NCBI RefSeq assembly: GCF_009834535.1
Contig: NC_045697.1
Location: forward strand, 37,388,001 to 37,452,000
Length of the DNA stretch: 64,000 nucleotides
Direction: 5' to 3'
From: Camelus ferus
Taxonomy: Eukaryota
Shown: positions 1 to 10,846 of the stretch, piece by piece
Layout of the letters: the number at the start of each line of letters is the position of its first letter
How positions within the stretch are numbered: the stretch's first letter is position 1
Position numbers and translations under genes: made by a program
The notes under the pieces: generated by a model
Database searches by the model: none
Seen by the model: the letters and a program-made list of their open reading frames with translations, nothing else
What the model was told of the DNA's origin: nothing

Positions 1-435
1 TAGTGGAAAGGCTATGACAAGGTTACAAATAATTCTAATATAAGGCAATGAAAGATAACATGACTTAAAAGATGTCTGAACCATGGGCTGTGGGGATTTA
101 TGGAACACAAATGTGACTCTGAAGTTTAGAAATATTCCTGATTCTGGGAAGTAACATGGATTTAGATAAGAGGCCCTATCAAGCTGTTATTTATTTATTC
201 ATATTTGTACAATGCTCCAGGCAGAGCAATGGCTGCTGATAAGTATGATAAAATAATCTTTCAGTGTCATATTTTAAGTACTAAAATGATATATATTTAA
301 GTACTAAATATTAAGTACCAAAAGTATATAAATAAACAAAAAAGATTTTAAAATTCACACTGCCTTCCACAAATTTCCATGTTTTTCTCTGGATTTATCC
401 CTTCCATTTTCTAATGTTCATTCCTCCATCTTGGC

Positions 436-478
<43 letters not shown>

Positions 479-596
479 TTATTTTTAGGGGGAGGTAATT
501 AGGTTTTTGTTTATTTATTTGACGAAGGTACTGGTGATTGAATCCAGGACCTCGTGCATCTAAGCATTCGCTCTACCACTGAGCTATATCCTCCCC
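436..596 (-). mobile_element. tRNA-Ala-derived camelid SINE (Vic-1-like) with (TTTA)n tail
   Basis: Minus strand reads GGGGAGGATATAGCTCAGTGGTAGAGCG...GGATTCAATCACCAGTACCTTC, then AAATAAATAAAC...CCTAATTACCTCCCC and an (AAAT)n tail at 436-480. Confidence 0.88.
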
Positions 597-1136
597 ACAC
601 TGCCTTGGCTTTAGATTCTGTTTTCCTCTCCCCTTTTCAACCATCCTCCCCCACAAGCTGGATTTTCAAAATCTCCCTCTCTGGTGTTTTCACCTCAGCC
701 TACCAGCTGCTCAAGGCTTCCCAGTCTCCCTTTGATCTCTTGTTCCAATGCCCTCCTTCCTTATACCATTCAATCTCTTGAAAATTTATCAAACAATAAA
801 TCCCTGGATCTACCTCTGTACCTCTACTGTATTGTTCAACCCACTGCAGCATGAATTCTGGCATCACAAACTGTGTGTCTGTGTCTGTGTGTGTGAATAT
901 GTGTTTAGTCACCAATGACCTCTAGGTTAACTAGAGAAGCAAATTATCACGGGAACGAAGCACAGGGGCTATGAAGTCGGCCTGCCAAGGATCCACATCT
1001 TGGAGCAAATTTAGTGCAAGTTACTTAAGTCCCCTGAGCCTCAGTTTCCTCATCTGTAAAGCGGGGGAGACCAGGACTACCTACCTGGTAGAGTTATTGT
1101 GAGGATGAAATGAGCGAGTTGATATAAAGAATTTGG

Positions 1137-1390
1137 GGGGTGGGAAGGGATAAACTGGGAGTTTGAGATTTGCAGATACTGACTAATGTATATAAAATAC
1201 GATAAACAAGTTTATACTGTATTGCACAGGGAAATATATTCAATATCTTGTAGTACTAGTTCATGGTGAAAAAGAATATGAAAATGAATATACGTATATT
1301 CATGTATGACTGAAGCATTGTGCTGTAGAACAGAAATTGACACAGCATTGTGAAATGACTATATCTCAATAAAAAAAAAAGAGGAAAAAA
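1137..1390 (+). mobile_element. 5'-truncated L1 3' end (artiodactyl type) inserted into a MIR
   Basis: L1 3'UTR motifs (GGGATAAACTGGGAGTTTGAGATTTGCAGATAC, TATATTCAATATCTTGTAGTA), poly(A); TSD AAAGAATTTGG at 1126-1136 and 1391-1401. Confidence 0.85.
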
Positions 1391-2079
1391 AAAGAATTTG
1401 GAATTGGCTAGGCGTTGTCAGTTCTTATTACAGGATTACCAATGCCAACTGATGCTTTTCTGCCCTTATCTTATTTGACCTCCCTAAGAGATAAGTGACA
1501 CCTGAACACTCCCTGAAATCTCCTTGTGCCACAGCCCTCTCTGTTTTTGCCTTTCTGACCCTTCCTTATCTGAATTCTGGCCTTTGTGGGATCCTCTTTT
1601 TCTGCTTGTCCTTTAAATGTGTTTCCCTTAGTGCTGACATCAGCCCCTGTTTTTCCTGTGGGGTACACTCCATCTGGGGTGACCTCACCCAAACCTCTTG
1701 GCTGCAGCCACCTCTCTATGGCCCGGCCCCATGCTGAGCTTCAGGTCCGCAGATCTGGCTGGCGAGAACCCGCCAGGCTCAACTCCACATCCTTCTCTTT
1801 CCATTACAAACCTGCTTCCATGTCTTGCTGCAGGGAAGCAGGTGGCAGCTGACACCAGACATCTGTCCCTCCCTCCACTCACCTACCACAATACTGTCAG
1901 TGATCACCATCTACTGGGTCTGCTAAGCGTCTCTCTCCTTCACCCCCCTCGCCATTCTCATCTCTGGGAACCTAATCCAGTTCACCATTCCTTCCGTGGT
2001 TCCCCACATTTAGCTCCTTACTATTTACTTCCTGCCTCAAGTTTTGGCTTCTTTCCATTCATCCTTCACTGAGCTTCCC

Positions 2080-2655
2080 CACTGTCTTTCCAAAATGGAA
2101 ATCTTATCTCATCTGCCCCCGGAGTAAAGTCCTTTAGTGACTCTTCATAGCTTCATCCCTCCTCGGAGGGTGAAGTTCATGTTTCTTGGCACAAATGGTT
2201 CTTGTTTATCTCTGTGGTCTCAACTCTCCCCCTGATCCCCGACCCCCAGCCCAGATCCCACTTCCGTTAGCTGTGCCACGTTACTTATGGTTCATGTGCC
2301 TCACGAGGTTTCACGCCTCTAGCCCTTTGCATGTGTGCTTCCTACCCCTCCAACATTCTCCCCTGTTCCACCTTCCTCTCCTCCTGATGCCTCAGAATCT
2401 AACTGCCACCTATTTCGGGGTGTCTCATGAGGCCACCATACAATATGATGTATATGTTCAAACATCACCCTGGGCTTAGCTCTGTTACAGCACGTGTAAT
2501 GATTTAATCTTTAACCCCCTTACGTGCCTCTCTTCTTTCTCTGTACATGTCAGAGGACACTTCGAGGACAGCATCTGGGTCTTGTCTAACTGCATTTCCA
2601 GCACCTAACACAGCACATCTGGTACATGGAAGGTGTTCAATAAATACTGAATGAA
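2080..2655 (+). mobile_element. L2 3' end
   Basis: Pyrimidine-rich degenerate body ending CCAGCACCTAACACAG...TCAATAAATACTGAATGAA. Confidence 0.65.
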
Positions 2656-3338
2656 AGCTTGAACTGAGAGCATACCATTATCTTTTTTCATCCTCACAAA
2701 CTGGTAGGGTTATTGTTAGCATGGAGCCTACCAATAAGGATCATATATTCATTTGTCCCACTTGATGGACAGAAGACTTTCGAATGGTTACTAGAAAAAC
2801 AAGGACCATTAAGTAGACAACTTGACAAGGCTTGTTCCCTTGATGTAGTCATTCCACGTCTAGGAAGCTATTCTAAATAATCAGAGACAGGGAAGTTTTA
2901 TCCACCAAGATCTTTACCACAAAGTAATTTATGATAGAAAAAAAAAGCTGGAAAAAATAGAGAAATGATTAAACATCCAGAATTATGGTACATACATATG
3001 ACTGACTGAACATTATATTACCATTATATGTTATGTTTCCAAAGGATTTTTAATGATCTGGGACAATGCTTATGTTATAATTAATGAAAAAGCTAGACAG
3101 ACAACTAGCAAATATCATAAAAATCTTAAATCATATAATGGAAAAAAATGCTTAGAATAAGCAGAGAAAAAAGATTTGAAAGAAATATACCAAAATGAAC
3201 CCTTCAGTAATTAGATCTTGGAGATTTTTGTTTTGTTTTGTTCATTACAATTTTGGGTATTTTTCTAAATTTTTTACAATAAACATCTTTACTTTCACAA
3301 TCAGAAATATAAAAATAATTCAAATTATAGATTTGGGC

Positions 3339-3933
3339 TGTGTGAGACTATAGTGAACATTTTTAACTCGCTTTGTGCAACATCATTCCTCCTTCTGGTG
3401 AAAGGACCTCACTTTTTCTTTGGGGACGCAACCCTCTCCATTTTTAAGCCTCGTGATGTTGATGAAGTGGGCCCTTAACTCTGGCCTCAGGGGTGGGCAT
3501 GTGACCCAGGCCTGGCCAATCCTCCTGTTCCATCTGTCTGGCTTCAGTGACTGGTTCTGGATGGGCATGTGACTTCAGCCAAGTCTGTACATTTATTGGA
3601 GATGTTCCTGAAGGTGGAAAAGCTCTTCTCGCCTCAGTACTAATGAGCTGTAAGCCTAGAGCTGCACATGAGGTCAGAAAAGCAATACAGAAAAGTATTG
3701 CTGAAGGATGGAGATGGGTAAGAATGCATGTGTGCACGCGCACACACACACACATGCACACATACATACCTTCAAGTCCTGATGACTCTGAGCTCTTAGA
3801 TCTAGGAAAGCCTGCAACATTATCATCCCTGGACTTTTCAGTTATATGAGTCAATACATTTTAGGTTTCTTTGTTTGCTTTTCAGTCTGAGCTGGGTTTC
3901 TACGAGTTGCAATCAAGAGTTCTCACTAATACA
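3339..3933 (+). mobile_element. MaLR LTR (MLT1-type) with an internal (CA)n
   Basis: GGGCATGTGACCCAGGCCTGGCCAATC motif; end CCCTGGACTTTTCAGTTATATGAGTCAATAC...TTGCAATCAAGAGTTCTCACTAATACA. Confidence 0.72.
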
Positions 3934-6100
3934 GTTAGGAAAACAATAAAGACATATAAAGTATAATTCACGAATCGGTCCAGGGCTATCACAAAAGAGT
4001 GCAGAACTGGTCCCATACATCTCACCTGACATATAAAACGTTTCCATTATGGTAAATGCTTCTATTGGACATGGTCTAAAATCTAGTTCATTTCCAGGGC
4101 AGCTCACTCATAGCACCTTTTATATGCCTCCTTTTAGTACATAGCTGGCAGGGGGTATTATTAAAAATAGCTAATAACCCTAAAGGCATAGGGACTGGAG
4201 GCTCTCTGCTGTGACCAGCATTAAACTTTTAATTACTAGATCTGGGAAGATTTGGGGTATCTCAAGGGAGAAGCTGGAGAGAGAGGACACTTAGGTGTTC
4301 AGGGAAGTAGCTTTTTTCCCAGTCAGTACAGAAAGATTTCAATATTCCACCAACAAATATGGCCAACTTGGTGTTACTGGCTGAACACGAGGCCTGGTAA
4401 CTATTATAGTATCTTATTTGGGTATCTGTTATCCCTCCTGGACTGACTCCTCTAGGCAAAGGATCTGTCTTTTGATTTCTGTAGCTTATGCCTACTTCAG
4501 TGCTGATAGGTGTTTATGAATGGTGGGCATGAATGACAGTCCAGCATTGTATAGTGCCCTATCCTTTTTTTTTTTTTTCCTGGTAGACGTTTCCTGCTTA
4601 GAATTAAATTGCAATATGGCCTTTTTTTTTCACCCACTCTTCTGAAGACTTGTTATCCTCTCCAATATCAGCTGATTGAAGAAGAAAATTGTAAATTTTC
4701 TCTCTCAGGCATAATGTTGATATTTTAACACATAGTGATTTTTTCCCCCAGTACAGAATAACTTTGGAAATAAATCGAGATCTCAGAAACTTATGATTGC
4801 TTTGAGTGATAGCTTTTATCTCTGTCATTCTAAGAAAAAGAGGTGGTCTGATGGCCCAGAGCACAAACAGAGCCCTTTGAATTTCTGGTCTCCCACAGCT
4901 GTATGACTTGAACCATTTGCTAGGACATTGGGGTGTGGGTTCCCCCACTTGACCACAAAGATTGTGGCAGGGCCCCCAGCTGTCTATGAACAATAGTCCT
5001 CCCAGTGCCTAGCTCCTCCTCTTTGTTCACGGTGAACACTTAAATGCTTATTGAATGAATATAAAGAATACATTTAAAGAGACAATCATATACAGTGGTC
5101 GAGTAATGATCATTTTAAAGTGATTAGCTTTAAAAATCACTTTTCTTAAACCAATTTAGGTCCTATCAGCAACAAACAGGAGAGCTTTCAATATTAAATA
5201 AAGCAGGGGGAGAACTGGCTAATTATAAATTTTGGATGCTACCTTAGAGAAGAGTCCAGGTGTATCTAAATTATTCTGTAGCTCTTTCTGATGGGCACTT
5301 CCAATTTATTTTCCACTCTTCAGCTTTCTAGAGAGGTGTTTTACTGATTTATTAGAATGCAGAGAAAGCTCATTGCATCTTAAAATAATTGGGTCTCCCC
5401 TCTCTTAGCTGTGATCTTGGGTCACTTTTAGAAGCAAAATAATAAACATATCTACCTCACAAAGCTGTTATTGTGAGCATGAAATAACATTCACCCTAAG
5501 GAGGAACTATAAAACCCTATACAGATACTGTTGTTTCCTTGGGTAAAGCACTTCCTATGCAGTGGAACTTGGCTTAAGAGGATCGTTTTACTATTGTTTT
5601 GCTCTTGGTGCAGGCTCGGGCAGCTAAGAGGAACACAAAAATCCCCACCCCTGTAACTGTCGTCTGATAGAGAGACAGAGAGGGGAAAAAAAAAAAAAAG
5701 GCGCCAGGAGGGTTTAGCACAACGACGCGGGCACAAGTGGATTTAAAAACTCGGGTTCCCACAGCAAACTTCGCCAGGCACCACTCCCTACCCCAAAGCC
5801 GCAGTCTCCAGAAAGGTCTCAGCAGGGGCTTGTTGGGCAGAGGCCACGCGGACCAATAGTAAACAACTGTGTTCTTACAGATTAAGGAGCAGGTGAAGAA
5901 ACAGCATTAAGAATTACCTACGCCCTGGCCCAGCCTTTTACTGCGGTGCCAGGCGCCACGCTTGGTCCTCCTCGAATAACAGGAATAGAGCAGAATGTTG
6001 GGGCCTAGGTTCCCCCAATACCTGTCCCCCGGAGTACCTCCACTATCTTCGGCCCCCAGCCTCCTCCCTCGGGGGCGTGTTCGAGGGGAGGAGGCGGACC

Positions 6101-6129
6101 TTTATTGTCTAGGGAGCACCTGCCAGGTG
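6101..6129. promoter_or_regulatory. Inverted E-box pair CACCTG-C-CAGGTG with an adjacent SOX-like TTATTGT
   Basis: CACCTG 6117-6122 and CAGGTG 6124-6129 seen directly. A CACCTG in the mouse Kit promoter has been described as MITF-responsive; equivalence of this site is inferred. Confidence 0.55.
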
Positions 6130-6381
6130 GCTGCCCGTGCCCTGATGTGCGCGTGGTGCCCAGCTTCACAAAGCGCGCGGGCAGCACCACCCTCGTCCCG
6201 GAACCGCCTCCGGCGGCCGGACCACATCACAGGGGAGGAGAGGTGGAGAGATGAAGGGGCTCTGAAGTCGGGAGCGGGCGGAGAGGGCCGGCGTGCCCTC
6301 CCCCCTCCCTGCAGGCTCAGTCCCCCGGGATCAGCACGTCGAAAGAGCAGGGGTCAGACGCCGCCGCCAGGGAGCGAGACC

Positions 6382-6467
6382 CAGGCGGGAAGGAGGGAGG
6401 GGAGACGAGGAGGGGCGCGGAGAAGGGGCGTGGCCGGCGCGCCGGAGGAGGGCGCTGGGAGGAGGGG
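6382..6467 (+). promoter_or_regulatory. G-rich core promoter homologous to human c-kit2 / kit* (Sp1) / c-kit1 G-quadruplex elements
   Basis: CAGGCGGGAAGGAGGGAGGGG (6382-6402); GC boxes GGGGCGCGG (6412-6420) and GGGGCGTGG (6425-6433); AGGAGGGCGCTGGGAGGAGGG (6446-6466). Confidence 0.85.
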
Positions 6468-6575
6468 CTGCTGCTCCGCGCTCGCGGCTCTGGGGGCTTG
6501 GCTTTGCCGCGCTCGGTGTACTTGGGCGAGAGCAGGAACGTGGAACAGAGCTCCGGTCCCAGCGCAGCCACCGCG

Positions 6576-6642
6576 ATGAGAGGCGCTCGCGGCGCCTGGG
6601 ATTTCCTCTTCGTCCTGCTTCTCCTGCTCCGCGTCCACACAG
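6576..6642 (+). CDS. KIT: KIT exon 1 coding part (signal peptide MRGARGAWDFLFVLLLLLRVHT-G)
   Basis: ATG at 6576 in context GCCACCGCGATGA; 67 nt; donor CAG|gtggga at 6642/6643; phase 1. Confidence 0.98.
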
Positions 6643-9600
6643 GTGGGAGGACGCCGCGGGCAGCCGGGCCGCGCCCCCCCCTCGCCCCCCCCGCCAGCGC
6701 AGCCTGTGCCTCCCGAGGGCTCGAACACGTTGGGATGTGTTGGGAGAGGTGGCTGCCGGTCCTCCGGTGCCCGTGCGTTTCAGCCTCCCGGAAGATTCGC
6801 GGCGGCCCTGGGACCCTCCTGCATCCTGCCCTGCTCACCTGCGCCAGGAGCCCCCCGCCGCTTGTGTTGGGGCTCTGAGCTGGGGGTCTTCGTGGAACGG
6901 GGGCGGTGAGGGGGCTTAGGCGTGAGCAAGGTGCGGGTTGAGGGCAGCGGGCTGCGTGCGAGTTTGGGGCTGCTTTTGTGCGCAGGGCGAGCCGGGGCAG
7001 AGGCAGGCGGCTCGGGGGTTCGCACCCAGCGCGTTATCTCCGCCCGGAGAGGCGCGGCCGCTGCTTCCTTTTGTTAAAAGTTGTGCGTGTGTGAGCGGGG
7101 CACGGGAGAACCGGCTAGCAGGTTCTCCTCCGCGCCGAGGGCGAAGTTGGAGGAGAACCTTTGCTTTGCTGTGCGGCAGCTACCTTCCAAACCGCTGCGC
7201 TCTTTGTGCACCAGAGCCGGAGACCGTACCGGCTGCCTCGTCTGCTCGCGGCGCCACCCTGGACCCGAGTCGAAGGCTGCGGCGTCCCCGGGTCGCTTTT
7301 TGCACGGGGAGCGCGCCGCGTGCGGCTCTGGGGCCGCCAACCTGGAGGTGCGGTTCCGGGGACAACTTGAGCAGGGCGTGTGGAAAGCAGCCGCTAGGTT
7401 GCAGACTTTTTGCTTTTGTAGATCCCGTGCCCGAGGCTCGCCCCTTTCTGCCGCGGTGCCGTTTCTTTTCTGCAGCGCGCCTCAGAGCGGCTGGTGGATA
7501 CGTTTGCTGCCTGCTCCTGAGGGAGGCAGGGACTGTGCGCCGGGACAGTGGTCCCTGGCCCTGGCCACTGCCTATGTCCTGCTAGAGTGCCCGGCCAGGC
7601 TGGCGGGGCTCTGCAAACCCCTCGACTCAGTGTCTAAGACCTGTAATCGCAGGTCCATGTTTTTGAGGGGAGAATTTTAAGATTCGCAAGACCCCTTCCT
7701 ATGTGATCTTTCTACTTAAGGGCTGCCTGTGGTAGGGGGTAGGAAATGGAGTGGAACTTTCTGCAAATCTTACTTGGATCTTAAAGCTGCTGTGAAAATC
7801 GCTTACATCTGCGCGGGAACTTGGGTCTTCAGGTGGAGAATGAGGAGAATTTGCAGGCTCCTGGAAGCCCTCAGATTCCTGCCCCTTCTCTTTTTTTTCT
7901 GGGTGTCGCTGGTGCGCGAGCGAGCGCAGGTCGCCCGGATAACCCCTGAAGCCTTGCTCTTTCCCAGGTCTTTTTTTTTTTTTTTTTTTGAATTTTTAAG
8001 ACTGATTTGTTAATGTAAGGATAGAAGGGGAATTAAAGGGCTCCAAAGGAAGCATCGTTGTTACTGGCTATATAGACTGCTGGTCAGTTTTCTTGTAAAG
8101 TCTTAAGATGCAGCCGCCCCTTCCCGGTCTTGTAAGGCATTGTAAGGGCTTTCCTGTAGGGGAAGAGAGTAGGAGGGATCATGAACTGAGTGTCCGGATT
8201 CCGGTGGCGGATTTGACCTCCTAAGCTTCAGACAAGCCGTTTGGTCATTACATCTTTGTGCCCTGACATTTTAATTTCAGTTAAGGTGTGTGCACCGGAC
8301 CCGATGAGGGCACTGGAAAGACAGACCACACAGACGATTTCCTCTTTTTAAAATTAAATGAATCAATTGCTTCCTTATTCCTCATAATTAGCCTGCTCCA
8401 TCCAACAGATTTTTGGCAAAGGGGATGTTAAGGTCTGGCTCCTGGGGGGCAGTATGGTGTAGTGACAAAGGCTTGTACTGCCTTCCTGGTTCTCCTTTTC
8501 TCAGCTTTTATTGACTGTGTGCCATTGTGCCAGTCCCTTAAATTTGGGGGAGTCCAGGGCCCTCGGCAGGACAGTGAGGCATCTGCACTATGAAGGATCC
8601 TCTGGGTCCCAGATTCTCCTCTTCCAGTATTCTGAGTGGAGAATCTTCTCTTTTTCTGAACCCTTTCTTTGAATCCTTCCTGCCTCCTTGAAATTCCTCT
8701 GCCTCTCTTGCTCACAGGGACCCCTTGGTGGTATCCTGCTCTTCTACCCCTGTTTAAAGCAGGGAGGTGTGGTTTATGTTACCCTCTCCCCAGTCCACAC
8801 ATGGTCACCTGCAGTTTTACTTTGAGGGCTAGAAGGTGCCAACTCTGCAGGACCCTCCGTCCCTGCCCCCCCACCCCACCCGACCACAGTGTTTACAGCT
8901 CCTGTGCCCAGCACATCATACCCTCCCCCTGTTCCTGCAGGTGTGAGGCTAGAGTCATCCCCAGCAGCTGGACACAGGACATTCTGGATTATTGTCCTGC
9001 TGGAAATAACATGATGGTCTTAGAAAGGGATCCCAGAAAATTCGGTTATCCCCATTCTGGTCTTCCCCACTCACCTACACATTTTTTTCTTAGGACTTTA
9101 TAAATCATGCACGCTGTGCTCTTGCAAACACATTTTCTGATGTGCCTTAAATTTCACGTTAGTGCCAGACCCTGCGCTGGGGCCTTTACCTGACATTTCC
9201 TGTCCTCTCAATCCCTGGTAGGTACCATCCCTATCATATCACTGGAGAAACTGGCTGAGGATAAGCCAGTTCCCAAAATAATCAGTGCTGGAGCCTGAGG
9301 TTGGCCCCATATGCCCAGCTATAGATCCATTCACATGATTATCAGAATCAGTTGTACAGTGAGATTTATTTGAAACTGTTAAATATTCTGTGCCAGGCAT
9401 CGTTGGAAGTTCTGGGAATACAGGATGGTCAAGATCATCACCTTCCCAATTTTGGTGAAAAAGACCTAGAATTGCCTGGCATAGGATGTCTGGGTTAGAG
9501 CATTTTCAATTGGAGGGAAGTATTCACTGAAGGGGAAGTCATTAAATTATAGCTGCCTGGGGTGGGCTAGGTAGGATTTGACCCTGGGTGTGAGGGCTTT

Positions 9601-10465
9601 AGGTGTTAGCTGTCCATTGCAGTTAGAATCCCTCAGAAATGGAGATAAGCTGCCTCTAAAGTGTTGGTGCAAGTCAGTTGAAATTTTCCCATCCCCCACT
9701 CCAAAGAAAAGTGATCTGAGCATCCTATACTTGCGGCGTACTCATGAGAAAGAAAACCCCCAGCGGTGGGGAATACCATTGGACGTTTACCCTGGATGAG
9801 CCGGATGAGATATAATGGCAGCTCACCACCCAGAGCCTTTCTTCTTCCAAACAGATTCTCATCAGAAACATGCCAAGTTATTTAGTGGGCTTCCCTTGGC
9901 GCATGTTTATGTACAGATGTTGTTGTGGTGATGGATTTTGCTGCTGTTGTTGACGGCCGCCAGAAGTGGCCCTTAGGATTTTGACTCATTTCCTCAAGTC
10001 TCCCCCAGCTGATTAAAGAAGGACACCAGGAAATGAGCGGCGATGTCCTGAGCGGAATTCTTGAAGCTGGACTGCAGTGCAGGGACCCCTCCAAGGCAGT
10101 GGTCAAGGATGGAGCAGCATTTTCTCCAGAATGAATTTAATTTCACAGCCCTCAGACAAGGGATGTGCTTAGTGTAGCTGCAACACGTGTGGTAGTAACC
10201 TTTTTAAAAAAGGGACTGTAAGACATTTGAAAAAATCATAGCATGCAAAATTTCACATGCAGTCCTCTTTAACTAGATATTTTCATGGCTGCAAATCCAG
10301 GGTGAAGAAGGGCCTACAAGGGAGTTACCAGTGGTAAGAGTTTGAATCTAGGGTGTATCTAGTGTAAATCTTTGTTGAAAGTAGAGGGGACCTAAGTAAG
10401 CATGGCCTAGCAGCTCTGGTTTCTGACATTTTATATGTGACAGCCCACCTTTTGACTTTAGGCAC

Positions 10466-10846
10466 TTTTTTAAAAATTGAAATATAGTTGATTTACAATG
10501 CTGTGTTAGTTTCTGGTGTTCAACATATTCAGTTACACACATATATATTCTTTTTCATATTCCTTATCATTATAGGTTATTACAAGATGTTGAATATAAT
10601 TCCCTATGCTAAATGATTGGACCTTGTTGTCTATCTATTTTGTAGTAGTTAGTATCTGCAAATCCCAATCTCATTTCTCCCTCTCCTTCCCCTCCCCTGT
10701 AACCATAAGTTTGTCCTCTGTGTCTGTGAGTTTGTTTCTGTTTTGTAAATAAATTCATTTGTGCCACATTTACATTCCACATATAAGTTATATATTTGTC
10801 TTTCTCTGTCTGACTTACTTCACTTAGTATGACAATCTCTAGGTCC
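10466..10846 (-). mobile_element. L1 3' end fragment
   Basis: TTGAAATATAGTTGATTTACAAT start and GACTTACTTCACTTAGTATGACAATCTCTAGGTCC end; the minus-strand ORF contains LEIVILSEVSQTEKDKY, typical of the L1 ORF2 C-terminus. Confidence 0.88.

Larger units (their letters stand above)
5700..7950. promoter_or_regulatory. CpG island over the KIT promoter, exon 1 and the start of intron 1
   Basis: Very high GC and dense CpG against CpG-depleted flanks; no TATA box upstream of the ATG. Boundaries approximate. Confidence 0.92.

Noticed and set aside
6498..6575. In-frame N-terminal extension of KIT in the ORF track
   Set aside because: It starts at TTG, not ATG. The ATG at 6576 gives the conserved KIT N-terminus.
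5995..7680. Overlapping long ORFs (up to 215 aa) on both strands around exon 1
   Set aside because: Expected from stop-codon scarcity in a CpG island; low-complexity Arg/Gly/Pro/Ala translations. Only 6576-6642 is KIT coding.
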